Source: a virus. From it: a DNA stretch of 5,435 bases. Of the stretch, positions 1 to 5,133 are shown one piece after another. Position numbers and translations under genes: made by a program. The notes under the pieces were generated by a model. That model had not been told where the DNA came from and did no database searches. It was given only the letters and a program-made list of their open reading frames with translations. Position 1 is the stretch's first letter. Each line of letters begins with the position of its first letter. The DNA lies in the IMG/VR virus record IMGVR_UViG_3300029622_000217, positions 1-5,435 of that record. The stretch is one strand, 5' to 3'.

Positions 1-1097
1 CTGCCTTTGCTGCATCTGATACGGAAGCGGTTATGCCCTCTCTTGATGATTTTTATAGTCATCATGGTTCTTGGTTTGTTTGGCGTAAGTGTAATTATCT
101 TGGTGTAGATTACTTAGAACTTCTTTGCTCTCCTATTGCTGTATCTGGCTCTTCTTATACATTGCCGTATTCTATTTCTTATTCTACGAATGCGTTTGAT
201 GTTAATTATCAAGCTAATAGTTCTGACAAAACTTATGCTTATGCTTGCGCTTTTCCTTATCCTCTTCGTGGTGCTTCTGGTCTTTGGTCTGAACTCCCCT
301 CTTTCTCTGTTGGTTCTGGCATTTCCGGTGTAACTTCTGTTGTCCGCGTTTATTCTACTTCTGGTCAACCGTCTGGTACTTATGGTTTTTTAACTTCTTC
401 CTTTAGTCGTTCAGACCGTATTCTTTCTTTCGGTAACACTGCCGATTCTTCTTCTGGTTCTTCTACTGATACTTTTGATGTTCTTAGTTTATCTTCCCCC
501 TTTTATTCATATCCTTTTGCATTTCGTCAGATTTCTTCTTCTAATGTAACTGGCTATAGTTTACAGGGTGGTGACTCTGCTTTTATTGTTCCTCCTAATA
601 ATTATTCTGATCTTCTGTATATCGATCTCAGTTCTAATCGTTATCTTTTAAAGACTAGTTCTTTTGTTCCTTATCCCTCTGGGTATACTGTCCCTTCTTC
701 TGATATCGGTTTTGTCTTTGTTCAAAAGCCTTCTTTCTCTTTTGTTACTTCTGCTTCTGACTTTGATATTACGGGTTCTTTCGCTTTTTCTCTCCTTGTT
801 CCTGTTTCTCGTCTTCCTGACGTTAAGCTTGGAGACTGGCTTTCCGATTCCCCCGAGGATTTGCAGGATGCCATTACTAATGAATTTGGCATTGATTCCG
901 GTACTCTACAAGATTCCAAGGATAACTTGAATTCTTGGAATTCTGCTTCGTCCGTAGATTCAGATATTGCTTCCTCTGCTTCTGGTCTTCTTGGCGGTCT
1001 TTTTCAGAATTTAGGCACGTTTCTCTTTTCTGTTTCTCTCCTTTGCTTCGGTGCTGTTGTTCTCCGAATGTTTATTAGAAAGGCGGTTGAGGGATGA
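1..1097 (+). CDS. pIII-like minor coat/adsorption protein (receptor-binding protein with C-terminal membrane anchor). 5'-partial in the linear window; the true start is GTG at 5255 in the circular genome, giving about 392 aa in total.
   Basis: The frame is open from base 3 (codons GCC TTT GCT GCA...) and is continuous with 5255..5435 across the 99-bp overlap. The N-terminus reads VKKKQRCLFKRFAALVAVLILVFSLSVPAFA|ASD, a typical Sec signal peptide with an AXA cleavage site. The body is Ser/Thr/Gly-rich. The C-terminus (LLGGLFQNLGTFLFSVSLLCFGAVVLRMFIRKAVEG) is a hydrophobic anchor followed by basic residues, as in pIII. Codons end mostly in T, like the rest of the genome. The stop is TGA at 1095-1097, overlapping the next ATG (ATGA). 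Confidence 0.6.
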   Translation, partial: AFAASDTEAVMPSLDDFYSHHGSWFVWRKCNYLGVDYLELLCSPIAVSGSSYTLPYSISYSTNAFDVNYQANSSDKTYAYACAFPYPLRGASGLWSELPSFSVGSGISGVTSVVRVYSTSGQPSGTYGFLTSSFSRSDRILSFGNTADSSSGSSTDTFDVLSLSSPFYSYPFAFRQISSSNVTGYSLQGGDSAFIVPPNNYSDLLYIDLSSNRYLLKTSSFVPYPSGYTVPSSDIGFVFVQKPSFSFVTSASDFDITGSFAFSLLVPVSRLPDVKLGDWLSDSPEDLQDAITNEFGIDSGTLQDSKDNLNSWNSASSVDSDIASSASGLLGGLFQNLGTFLFSVSLLCFGAVVLRMFIRKAVEG

Positions 1098-1225
1098 GTT
1101 TTCTTGATTTCTTCAAATCAGTTTTTGGCCTTTTCGGTTCTGGTGGCGCTCTCGTTATTGCCGTTGTCGTTTTTCTTGTCGGTCTTGGTATTTATAAGTT
1201 CGTAAAGGATTGGTTGCCATGGTAG
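1094..1225 (+). CDS. 43-aa coat-like small membrane protein (MSFLDFFKSVFGLFGSGGALVIAVVVFLVGLGIYKFVKDWLPW), possibly a major or minor capsid protein with no signal peptide (Pf3-like architecture).
   Basis: The ATG overlaps the pIII-like TGA stop (ATGA), which implies translational coupling. The protein has an acidic/polar N-terminus, a hydrophobic core of about 20 aa and a basic/aromatic C-terminus (YKFVKDW). T-ending codons match the genome and contrast with the G-ending codons of the overlapping frame. Stop is TAG at 1223-1225. Confidence 0.5.
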   Translation: MSFLDFFKSVFGLFGSGGALVIAVVVFLVGLGIYKFVKDWLPW

Positions 1226-1386
1226 ACTTTGTTTCCGCTCTTGGTGTTTTTACATCGTTTATCGCTAATGTGCTTTCTATTTCCTTTTTTGGCTTTGGTA
1301 CTTTTGGCAATTTTATTTTGGTTTGTCTTCTGCTTTCGCTTGTTGGCTTTGTTCTCCGTGGCCTTTGGGATGGAGGTGATAAATAA
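1219..1386 (+). CDS. 55-aa hydrophobic small protein with two predicted TM segments (pVI-like or pVII/pIX-like minor virion/assembly protein).
   Basis: The ATG at 1219 overlaps the preceding TAG (ATGGTAG), and the stop TAA at 1384-1386 overlaps the next ATG (TAATG). Sequence is MVDFVSALGVFTSFIANVLSISFFGFGTFGNFILVCLLLSLVGFVLRGLWDGGDK. Its position directly after the pIII-like gene matches inovirus gene order. Confidence 0.45.
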   Translation: MVDFVSALGVFTSFIANVLSISFFGFGTFGNFILVCLLLSLVGFVLRGLWDGGDK

Positions 1387-2000
1387 TGGAAATTCCTACT
1401 ATTATTAAAACTTGGCTTGATACTGACGGCGTTACTGTCTACACAGTGCAGTATAAAGACGGTAGTACCTGTGACATGACCGTCCAGCAGTACGATTATC
1501 TTAAGGCATCCGCCGACGCTGTTGTTAAACTCGATTCTCAGCAGGATGCACAAGAAGTTTCTTCTCCTGAAGCTCTTTTTTCTGGTGAACCTGCACAAAA
1601 CATTTCTGAAAGTCCCGACCTCCGCGAAGACTATGTTCCGCAGGAAGATGAATTGCCGTTTGAAGGGAGTTTAACAGCTTATGATGACCGCGCTTCAGAT
1701 ACTCCGGCTTTGTATGCTAATCTCCCTGCTGTCTCTAATAGTTTCACTTCTATTATGGATTGGTTCGGTGATACGTTTTTCGTCGAACGCTCTGAGACGG
1801 TGCACAAGTCCGGCTATACGTCTGAAAGGTACTCCTATAATAGTTCAACTCAACTTATTCAGCTTCCTTATGAGGAGGATTCCACTATTACATCTCAAGT
1901 TCTCAATCCGCAGGCTTGCGTTTCTGCTTTGCTTGTTGTCCTTGTCTTCGTTACTACTGTTACTTGGATTAAAAACGCGATTTGGGGGCGCATGTGTTAA
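1386..2000 (+). CDS. 204-aa hypothetical acidic protein with a single C-terminal TM anchor (ACVSALLVVLVFVTTVTWI). Function unknown; not a canonical inovirus core gene.
   Basis: An RBS GGAGGTGAT lies 6-7 nt upstream of ATG 1386. It is the long ORF from the six-frame track. It is strongly acidic (many D/E) with an N-terminal beta-like stretch (TVYTVQYKDGSTCDMTVQQYDY). Codon usage over 1430-1520 is noticeably richer in C/G-ending codons than the neighbouring genes. Stop is TAA at 1998-2000, overlapping the next ATG. Confidence 0.55.
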   Translation: MEIPTIIKTWLDTDGVTVYTVQYKDGSTCDMTVQQYDYLKASADAVVKLDSQQDAQEVSSPEALFSGEPAQNISESPDLREDYVPQEDELPFEGSLTAYDDRASDTPALYANLPAVSNSFTSIMDWFGDTFFVERSETVHKSGYTSERYSYNSSTQLIQLPYEEDSTITSQVLNPQACVSALLVVLVFVTTVTWIKNAIWGRMC

Positions 2001-2113
2001 TGGAAATTCTTCCTTTTCAGTATTGTTTCGGAATCTTCTCTGTTCCTGAAATTGGTTATTTCATTATTTTCGCTGCTGTTTTTTCTATGTTGGTTCTTCT
2101 GTTCCGTCCGTGA
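2000..2113 (+). CDS. 37-aa hydrophobic peptide (MEILPFQYCFGIFSVPEIGYFIIFAAVFSMLVLLFRP), candidate pVII/pIX-like minor coat protein.
   Basis: Start/stop overlap TAATG with the upstream gene. There is a single TM-length hydrophobic stretch. No strong RBS is present (GGGGG about 11 nt upstream). Size and position are typical of tiny inovirus tip proteins. Stop is TGA at 2111-2113. Confidence 0.35.
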   Translation: MEILPFQYCFGIFSVPEIGYFIIFAAVFSMLVLLFRP

Positions 2114-2211
2114 CAGGTGCCATAAATATCTTTATGAAAGGGTGATGACTTCAGGCCGCTACATCTATTCTTGCAACTCTGCTTTCCTTGGTCGGTGAGT
2201 TCTTTACATCG

Positions 2212-2340
2212 ATGATTACTTGGATGGGTCAGCTCGTCGATTTTTATGAATCCCAGCCTATCCTTCTTGTCTTTGTTATCCTCACTATCGCGGGCATTGT
2301 TCTCCGTATTCTTCGCCGCTGGATCCCCGGTCGTAGTTAA
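2212..2340 (+). CDS. Major-coat-protein-like small protein. Minimal form is 42 aa (MITWMGQLVDFYESQPILLVFVILTIAGIVLRILRRWIPGRS). The same frame is open from 2149 (63 codons) and may hold a longer precursor with a signal-peptide-like segment (see finding).
   Basis: It has the classic pVIII architecture: acidic N-terminus (D/E/E), an 18-aa hydrophobic TM and a basic C-terminus (RILRRW) suited to DNA contact. It ends 14 nt before a strong intrinsic terminator, as gVIII does in Ff phages. The upstream in-frame sequence LQAATSILATLLSLVGEFFTS resembles a signal-peptide h-region, but it is separated from the ATG at 2134 by TGA TGA. Confidence 0.45.
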   Translation: MITWMGQLVDFYESQPILLVFVILTIAGIVLRILRRWIPGRS

Positions 2341-2353
2341 ACGCTGAGAGAAA

Positions 2354-2395
2354 ACGCCGCCGACCATTTTAATGGTCGGCGACGTTTTCGTCTTT
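2354..2395 (+). terminator. Rho-independent terminator after the coat-gene cluster.
   Basis: A 14-bp GC-rich stem ACGCCGCCGACCAT (2354-2367) pairs with ATGGTCGGCGACGT (2372-2385), with one mismatch and loop TTTA. It is followed by TTTTCGTCTTT. Confidence 0.7.
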
Positions 2396-2411
2396 AGAAA
2401 GGATTTATATT

Positions 2412-3035
2412 ATGCTTTATGGTATTCTCATCTTTTGTATTTGCTGGCTTTTTGTATATATCGATAATTATTGCAAAAATCCCTACAAGTTAGAAGCTGT
2501 TGTTGGTTCAAAAGGCTCTGGTAAATCTCTGTATATGTCTCGCGTTGCTGATAAGTGGCTACGTTCTGATAAGGGGCTTATCTATAGCAATATGGGTATT
2601 GGTTATGAGTTAGATTCGGAATATTGGAAACAAACCTTTCTCCCTGATTCCCTTATTTTAATTGATGAAATAGGTGTGCTTCATTCCAACCGCGACTTTA
2701 AAACTATGCCCCGTGAAGCTGTCGAGTTTTTCAAGATGCAACGCAAGTATCACTTGACTATTATTGTATCGTCTCAGACCATGGACTTTGATAAAAAAAT
2801 TCGTGACCTTTGCGATCGCATTTATCTTTGCAACCGCATTGGCTGGTTCTGCCGTCTAACTCCTTATCGCTCTTGCATTGCTATGGAACATCGCCCCGAG
2901 GGAGGTCAAGAGCTTGTTAACACTGTGCGCAAGGCAGGCCGGGCAAGGTGGTATACTATCCCCAAGTCTGTTAAGCAGGTAAGTGCTTTAGAATACGATA
3001 CAGAGCAGGTTATTAGCAAGACCCCCTCTAAATAA
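2412..3035 (+). CDS. Zot/pI-like P-loop NTPase, the filamentous-phage assembly/export ATPase. It is short (207 aa) and contains the N-terminal ATPase domain only.
   Basis: Walker A is VVGSKGSGKS. Walker B is LILIDEIGVLH, which compares with LLVLDECG in M13 pI. An RBS AAAGGA lies about 9 nt upstream of the ATG. An unusual hydrophobic N-terminal extension (MLYGILIFCICWLFVYI) precedes the P-loop. There is no C-terminal TM or periplasmic domain. Stop is TAA at 3033-3035, followed by a terminator. Confidence 0.75.
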   Translation: MLYGILIFCICWLFVYIDNYCKNPYKLEAVVGSKGSGKSLYMSRVADKWLRSDKGLIYSNMGIGYELDSEYWKQTFLPDSLILIDEIGVLHSNRDFKTMPREAVEFFKMQRKYHLTIIVSSQTMDFDKKIRDLCDRIYLCNRIGWFCRLTPYRSCIAMEHRPEGGQELVNTVRKAGRARWYTIPKSVKQVSALEYDTEQVISKTPSK

Positions 3036-3041
3036 AAACTT

Positions 3042-3079
3042 CCCCCCGTGCCCTTTAGGGTCAGGGGGGTTGTTTTTAT
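3042..3079 (+). terminator. Intrinsic terminator downstream of the zot-like gene.
   Basis: CCCCCC(gtg)CCC-TTTA-GGG(tca)GGGGGG forms a hairpin over 3042-3069 with a small internal loop. It is followed by TTGTTTTTATT. Confidence 0.6.
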
Positions 3080-3108
3080 TCTTCGTTTTGTTGCGGCGAT
3101 AGGCGGCG

Positions 3109-3137
3109 AAAAAAAATGAGGGGCTTTAGCCCCTCAT
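3109..3137 (-). terminator. Intrinsic terminator for the minus-strand gene. It converges with the + strand terminator, giving a bidirectional termination zone at 3040-3140.
   Basis: A perfect 9-bp stem (3116-3124 pairs with 3129-3137, ATGAGGGGC/GCCCCTCAT) has loop TTTA. On the + strand it is preceded by A8 (3109-3116), which is T8 after the hairpin on the minus strand. The stop codon of the minus-strand CDS lies inside the stem. Confidence 0.7.
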
Positions 3138-3370
3138 GCGTGCAAGAATCTTTTTCCGTCCCATGTCTTTGCGATTATTTCCCAATTTTCTTCGTCTAAA
3201 TATTTCGTTGTATCTATGTATTCAATGTTGATTCGTTTAATAATTGCGAATCTGTAGAATTCTCCTTTTTCGTTCGCTGCGCTGTATTCAAAGCATTTGT
3301 AGTAAAAGTTTTTTGTACATACGCCTTCGTTTCTCCAGACTTTTCTGAGAAATTCTTTTTTGACTTTCAT
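3134..3370 (-). CDS. 78-aa minus-strand protein, divergently transcribed from rep. Candidate phage regulator, immunity protein or accessory protein. No recognisable HTH.
   Basis: It is the only long ORF on the minus strand with a full expression context. AAGGAG sits 9 nt upstream of the ATG (+ strand CTCCTT at 3380-3385). A near-consensus promoter lies upstream and a T8 terminator downstream. Sequence is MKVKKEFLRKVWRNEGVCTKNFYYKCFEYSAANEKGEFYRFAIIKRINIEYIDTTKYLDEENWEIIAKTWDGKRFLHA, rich in K/E/Y/W. Confidence 0.6.
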   Translation of the reverse strand: MKVKKEFLRKVWRNEGVCTKNFYYKCFEYSAANEKGEFYRFAIIKRINIEYIDTTKYLDEENWEIIAKTWDGKRFLHA

Positions 3371-3399
3371 TGGTTTTTCTCCTTTCCTTTTATGCTTCT

Positions 3400-3428
3400 A
3401 TATTACCATAGGATGTTCTATTTGCCAA
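3400..3428 (-). promoter_or_regulatory. Sigma70-type promoter for the minus-strand gene.
   Basis: On the minus strand the -35 is TTGGCA (+ strand TGCCAA at 3423-3428). A 17-nt spacer follows. The extended -10 is TGgTAATAT (+ strand ATATTA at 3400-3405). The predicted TSS is about 20 nt upstream of the RBS. Confidence 0.55.
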
Positions 3429-3440
3429 TAGAAATTTCTA
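3416..3440. promoter_or_regulatory. Overlapping perfect palindromes, candidate operator sites over the -35 of the minus-strand promoter.
   Basis: TTCTATT-tgcc-AATAGAA (3416-3433) has 7-bp perfect arms. TAGAAATTTCTA (3429-3440) is a 12-bp perfect palindrome. Both sit exactly on the -35 region of the divergent promoter. Confidence 0.35.
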
Positions 3441-3615
3441 ATTTTTTGGAAAATCGGCCGCAGTTGCCACGTTTAGTCACGCGATAGCGTCTCCACCGCG
3501 TCCCCCGTCCCCGCAAGGGCAAAGCCCTTGCCCTTCCTAAACATACCGGCAGCGGCTTCCGTTGCGCTGCTGGCTTGCAGCCGGTGGGCGTTCGTGTAAT
3601 ACGCCCACCTTTTTT
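3440..3615. other. GC-rich structured intergenic region. Candidate replication origin (+ and - ori) and packaging-signal hairpins.
   Basis: This stretch is over 60% GC in a roughly 40-45% GC genome. It contains a perfect hairpin GCAAGGGC-AAA-GCCCTTGC (3513-3531), an imperfect CCGGCAGC...GCAGCCGG pairing (3546-3584), and the hairpin GGTGGGCG-[TTCGTGTAATA]-CGCCCACC (3583-3609) followed by T6. It lies immediately upstream of rep, as the Ff intergenic region does. Confidence 0.5.
3583..3615 (+). other. Stem-loop with an AT-rich loop followed by a T-run. Candidate + strand origin nick hairpin, or a terminator insulating the rep promoter.
   Basis: An 8-bp perfect stem GGTGGGCG/CGCCCACC has an 11-nt loop TTCGTGTAATA, followed by TTTTTT (3610-3615). 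The loop motif TTCgTgTAATA loosely resembles the Ff nick region TTCTTTAATA. Confidence 0.35.
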
Positions 3616-3625
3616 AAATTTCCTC

Positions 3626-3654
3626 TTGACAACTTATTTATACTATGGTAACAT
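3626..3654 (+). promoter_or_regulatory. Candidate rep promoter.
   Basis: The -35 is a consensus TTGACA (3626-3631). After a 17-nt spacer the -10-like hexamer is TAACAT (3649-3654); an alternative -10 is TATACT (3639-3644). If this promoter is used, the transcript would start near 3661, downstream of the ATG at 3645. Confidence 0.35.
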
Positions 3655-3686
3655 TTAGCTATGAAAATGAAGGGTGGTTTTCTCAC

Positions 3687-4823
3687 ATGAAAACGGTCGT
3701 CAAACTTGACTATGCTACATTTGCTTTTGAACAGGGTTCAATTTCTATTCCCAAAATCGAAGATGCGATTGCTCAGTGTGATTTGCACTTTGCGCAGACT
3801 TCTAACGCAAGTGAGTATTCCCCCTACAATTCTCCTGCGGGTCTTTTCTATAAGCCGAACAACGGCGCGAAACAGTCTCCGCACTCTTTACATGTGTCCG
3901 GTCATGGTTGTGAGCTTTTCCGTTCCACCTTGCCGCGTCTCGCGTCACTGATGCAGGATGGTCACGAATTCGGTCACTTTTCCCGTCTTGATTTTTGTTT
4001 CGATGTTGTTATGACAAAGCAACGCTGGCGCGAGTTCTATTTGGGTGTAATTTCTGCTTCTGTTGCTGAAATGAATAATCCTGAAAAGGCGCGTAAAGTT
4101 CGCAAGTTCATGTATCAGGGTTACGGGGATTCTACTACCGTCTATATTGGTCGTAGAACGTCTTCTGTGGTCTTCTGCCGTATCTATAATAAATCTCTTC
4201 AAGACCCTGAAAATAAGCTCTGTGCGGCATCTGGTGAGCTTCTGGATTGCGCCGATGATTCCTATATCATTCGTTACGAGATGGAGTTGAAATATGTTTC
4301 TCGTGTGCGTGCTGGTTCTCGTTCCGTTTATGACCCCTCTCCCCTCTTTTGGTCTTATTATGAAGACCCTGATATGCTCTTTGCTTATCTCCGTAAGGTC
4401 TGGAACCGCTACGGAAATGAAACTCTTCTTCCCGATGGTTGGGAAGATATGGAATTTGTAACAGATCTCGAAGCCCGTCGCATTCCCTTTATTAAGGACT
4501 TATCGCATCCCCTTTGTGATGACCTTGCTCAAAAGTTCTCCGTTTCTATCCATACCGAAGAACAAAAAATGTCTTATGTTACTAATTTCTTCGGTCACCG
4601 GATTATTGATATCCTGCTTTATCGTCCTGAGTTGCTTTTCCTTGCTTGTTGCAAGTGGGAGCAGTTCTATAATGATCGTCTTCCGTTCTCCCCTCTGGCT
4701 CTGATACAGGAAGTCGCGCAGTTCTCGGAATCTTCCCGCATTTCCTATGAAGAATTCCGTGAAGTCGCTGATGACCCTTCTCTCTTTAGTGATGATGGGT
4801 TTGAAGATATATCTTTATTCTGA
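3687..4823 (+). CDS. Rolling-circle replication initiation protein (Rep_trans / gpII-like). The ORF is open from ATG 3645 (392 aa), but ATG 3687 (378 aa) is the likely start.
   Basis: The motif TTVYIGRRTSSVVFCRIYNKS matches the Rep_trans signature (YIGsrkS...RIYdK) with a catalytic Tyr region, and an E-x-E-L-K motif (RYEMELKYV) is present. ATG 3687 has the RBS AAGGGTGG 9 nt upstream. ATG 3645 has no SD and overlaps the predicted -10. Stop is TGA at 4821-4823. Confidence 0.7.
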   Translation: MKTVVKLDYATFAFEQGSISIPKIEDAIAQCDLHFAQTSNASEYSPYNSPAGLFYKPNNGAKQSPHSLHVSGHGCELFRSTLPRLASLMQDGHEFGHFSRLDFCFDVVMTKQRWREFYLGVISASVAEMNNPEKARKVRKFMYQGYGDSTTVYIGRRTSSVVFCRIYNKSLQDPENKLCAASGELLDCADDSYIIRYEMELKYVSRVRAGSRSVYDPSPLFWSYYEDPDMLFAYLRKVWNRYGNETLLPDGWEDMEFVTDLEARRIPFIKDLSHPLCDDLAQKFSVSIHTEEQKMSYVTNFFGHRIIDILLYRPELLFLACCKWEQFYNDRLPFSPLALIQEVAQFSESSRISYEEFREVADDPSLFSDDGFEDISLF

Positions 4824-4844
4824 AATGTAAGGAGTTTCGAACTT

Positions 4845-5087
4845 ATGCGGATTTTGGTAGTCGGTAAATCCCGCCACGCTGGTAAGTCTAAAGCTGGCAA
4901 AGATTATGATTTTACAACAATTATGTTTGAGTATGATATGCGTTCAAACAATGATAACGAGGGCGTTTCGGTTGATAGTATCAATGTTAACGCCTCTATT
5001 ATGCCCTATGCGATGTTTGAAGTTGGTGCTATGTATAATTTTGATTTTGATCGCAATGGGTATCTCCTTAGTATTGAAAAATTGTAA
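4845..5087 (+). CDS. 80-aa protein immediately downstream of rep. Putative ssDNA-binding protein (gV-like), called by synteny only.
   Basis: A perfect RBS AAGGAG (4829-4834) lies 10 nt before the ATG. The small size and rep-distal position are characteristic of the inovirus gV ssDNA-binding protein. Sequence is MRILVVGKSRHAGKSKAGKDYDFTTIMFEYDMRSNNDNEGVSVDSINVNASIMPYAMFEVGAMYNFDFDRNGYLLSIEKL. No domain could be verified by eye. Confidence 0.4.
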   Translation: MRILVVGKSRHAGKSKAGKDYDFTTIMFEYDMRSNNDNEGVSVDSINVNASIMPYAMFEVGAMYNFDFDRNGYLLSIEKL

Positions 5088-5114
5088 TAATAACATATCT
5101 CTTTCAATCTCTCT

Positions 5115-5130
5115 GGCCGCTTCTGCGGCC
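5115..5130. other. Perfect GC hairpin GGCCGC-TTCT-GCGGCC.
   Basis: It is a 6-bp all-GC stem with a 4-nt loop, sitting 28 nt after the ORF80 stop. It is not followed by a T-run on either strand, so it looks like a structural, packaging or processing signal rather than a canonical terminator. Confidence 0.4.
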
Positions 5131-5133
5131 TAT

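Noticed and set aside
136-333. Alternative-frame + strand ORFs inside real genes (136..333, 664..930, 1681..2049, 3706..3951, 4516..4704, 4906..5148).
   Set aside because: They are leucine/phenylalanine-rich products typical of out-of-frame reading of T-rich DNA. They overlap stronger same-strand genes and have no RBS. ORF 4906..5148 also runs through the hairpin and the tRNA-like element.
114-368. Minus-strand 84-aa ORF, and also the minus-strand ORFs 722..919 and 3945..4202.
   Set aside because: All lie entirely inside well-supported + strand genes (pIII-like, rep), have R/K-rich antisense composition and have no independent signals. They are shadow ORFs.
120-1000. Tandem repeats or a CRISPR-like array in the repetitive serine-rich pIII-like gene.
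   Set aside because: The repetitiveness is codon-level (TCT, GTT, CTT, GGT reiteration) without regular repeat-spacer periodicity. It is explained by Ser/Gly-rich protein composition.
1155-1598. Minus-strand ORF of 147 aa from the six-frame track (MCRFTRKKSFRRRNFLC...).
   Set aside because: It lies antisense to the coat-gene cluster and is low-complexity and Arg/Lys-rich, as expected from the complement of T-rich coding DNA. There is no RBS or promoter context. It is a shadow ORF.
2134-2150. TGA recoding (genetic code 4 or 25) to explain the tandem TGA TGA after ATG AAA GGG in the coat gene.
   Set aside because: TGA is evidently a real stop elsewhere. The frame continuing past TGA 1095-1097 switches to atypical G-ending codons, while the overlapping ATGA-coupled 43-aa ORF has genome-typical T-ending codons. 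Rep also ends at TGA, followed by a spacer carrying an RBS. So the standard code applies.
2056-2367. Minus-strand ORF of 103 aa, antisense to the coat gene and terminator.
   Set aside because: It runs through the + strand intrinsic terminator hairpin, has a low-complexity K/D/N-rich composition and has no translation signals. Likely spurious.
3440-3625. A XerCD dif-like site or a classical attP core in the GC-rich intergenic island.
   Set aside because: No 28-bp dif-like pattern (two 11-bp arms around a 6-bp AT-rich centre resembling GGTGCGCATAA-TGTATA-TTATGTTAAAT) could be recognised by eye. The idea is kept only as a possibility to BLAST.
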